Source of the DNA: Anaerolineae bacterium
Lineage (GTDB): Bacteria > Chloroflexota > Anaerolineae > Anaerolineales > UBA4823
DNA length: 64,000 nucleotides
NCBI GenBank assembly: GCA_003130835.1
Contig: QEXX01000059.1
Span: 219-64,218 of the forward strand
Direction: 5' to 3'
Part shown: piece after piece, positions 63,871-64,000 of the stretch
How the letters are laid out: each line of letters begins with the position of its first letter
Position numbering within the stretch: position 1 is the first letter of the stretch
Notes under the pieces: model-generated
What the model was told of the DNA's origin: nothing
Databases searched by the model: none
The model's input: the letters and a program-made list of their open reading frames with translations, nothing else
Program-made: the position numbers and the translations under genes

Positions 63871-64000
63871 ATGCATCGCCTATCTATTCTTCTAACCATT
63901 CTGTCTCTTAGTATCCTAAGCTCTGCTTGTGCTCAAAGGACACCCGTCCCGACAGCCGTAAACCCGTCTGCGCAAACCCAAATAGACCATGTGCGCTTGC
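63871..64000 (+). CDS. Lipoprotein, probable substrate-binding component of the same ABC transporter (5' fragment; continues beyond the window)
   Basis: AAGGAG lies 10 nt upstream of the ATG. MHRLSILLTILSLSILSSACAQ is a lipoprotein signal with a lipobox Cys. Only 43 codons are visible. Confidence 0.5.
   Translation, partial: MHRLSILLTILSLSILSSACAQRTPVPTAVNPSAQTQIDHVRL

Noticed and set aside
1-64000. CRISPR arrays, tRNA/rRNA genes, IS elements, integrases, prophage or toxin-antitoxin cassettes
   Set aside because: I scanned the intergenic regions and ORF translations and found none of the following: a regularly spaced direct-repeat array, a cloverleaf-like conserved tRNA sequence, a transposase or recombinase motif, or terminal inverted repeats. 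The only repeats seen are the PT-linker coding repeat and the small stems listed above.

Overview
All family calls below come from reading motifs by eye; no database search was possible. The window is a gene-dense bacterial chromosomal segment of about 52% GC. Its protein flavour, Pro/Thr-rich linkers and GEVED/Cna-B surface protein suggest a Chloroflexota (Anaerolineae-like) anaerobe, which is inference only. No rRNA, tRNA, CRISPR array, transposase or integrase was recognised.

Content from left to right:
- A partial VanW-family gene.
- A 12-gene minus-strand chemotaxis operon: cheA, cheC, cheD, cheY, cheB, cheR, an HDOD gene, two cheX genes, an EAL-HDOD gene, an MCP gene and cheW. Its CheA carries an inserted MshEN/T2SSE_N-like tandem motif.
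- A hemerythrin gene and an M23 peptidase gene.
- Genes for a TPR-glycosyltransferase-like protein, an M20 peptidase and a MoxR/VWA pair.
- A chagasin(I42)-papain(C1) fusion protease, divergent from a 1,967-aa thioester-less alpha-2-macroglobulin.
- A tightly coupled QueD-like / GT4 / methyltransferase cassette, followed by a TauE gene and a large polytopic membrane protein.
- An orphan CRP-box / sRNA-like locus.
- An 11-gene, 14.5-kb heterodisulfide-reductase-like redox super-operon. It has two HdrCB pairs, QmoA-like and QmoB-like HdrA proteins, a 1,500-aa HdrA-GltD-HdrA fusion, MvhD, FeS proteins and an FrdAB-like terminal module.
- Three c-di-GMP-I (GEMM) riboswitches, two of them in tandem, in front of two secreted or surface proteins.
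- A 39-codon ORF with a lasso-peptide-like leader.
- A four-gene module of three paralogous zinc-ribbon proteins plus a HerA/YjgR-like ATPase with a coiled-coil tail. This is my best candidate for an undescribed system.
- Miscellaneous enzymes.
- An FMN riboswitch in front of a RibXY-type ABC transporter.
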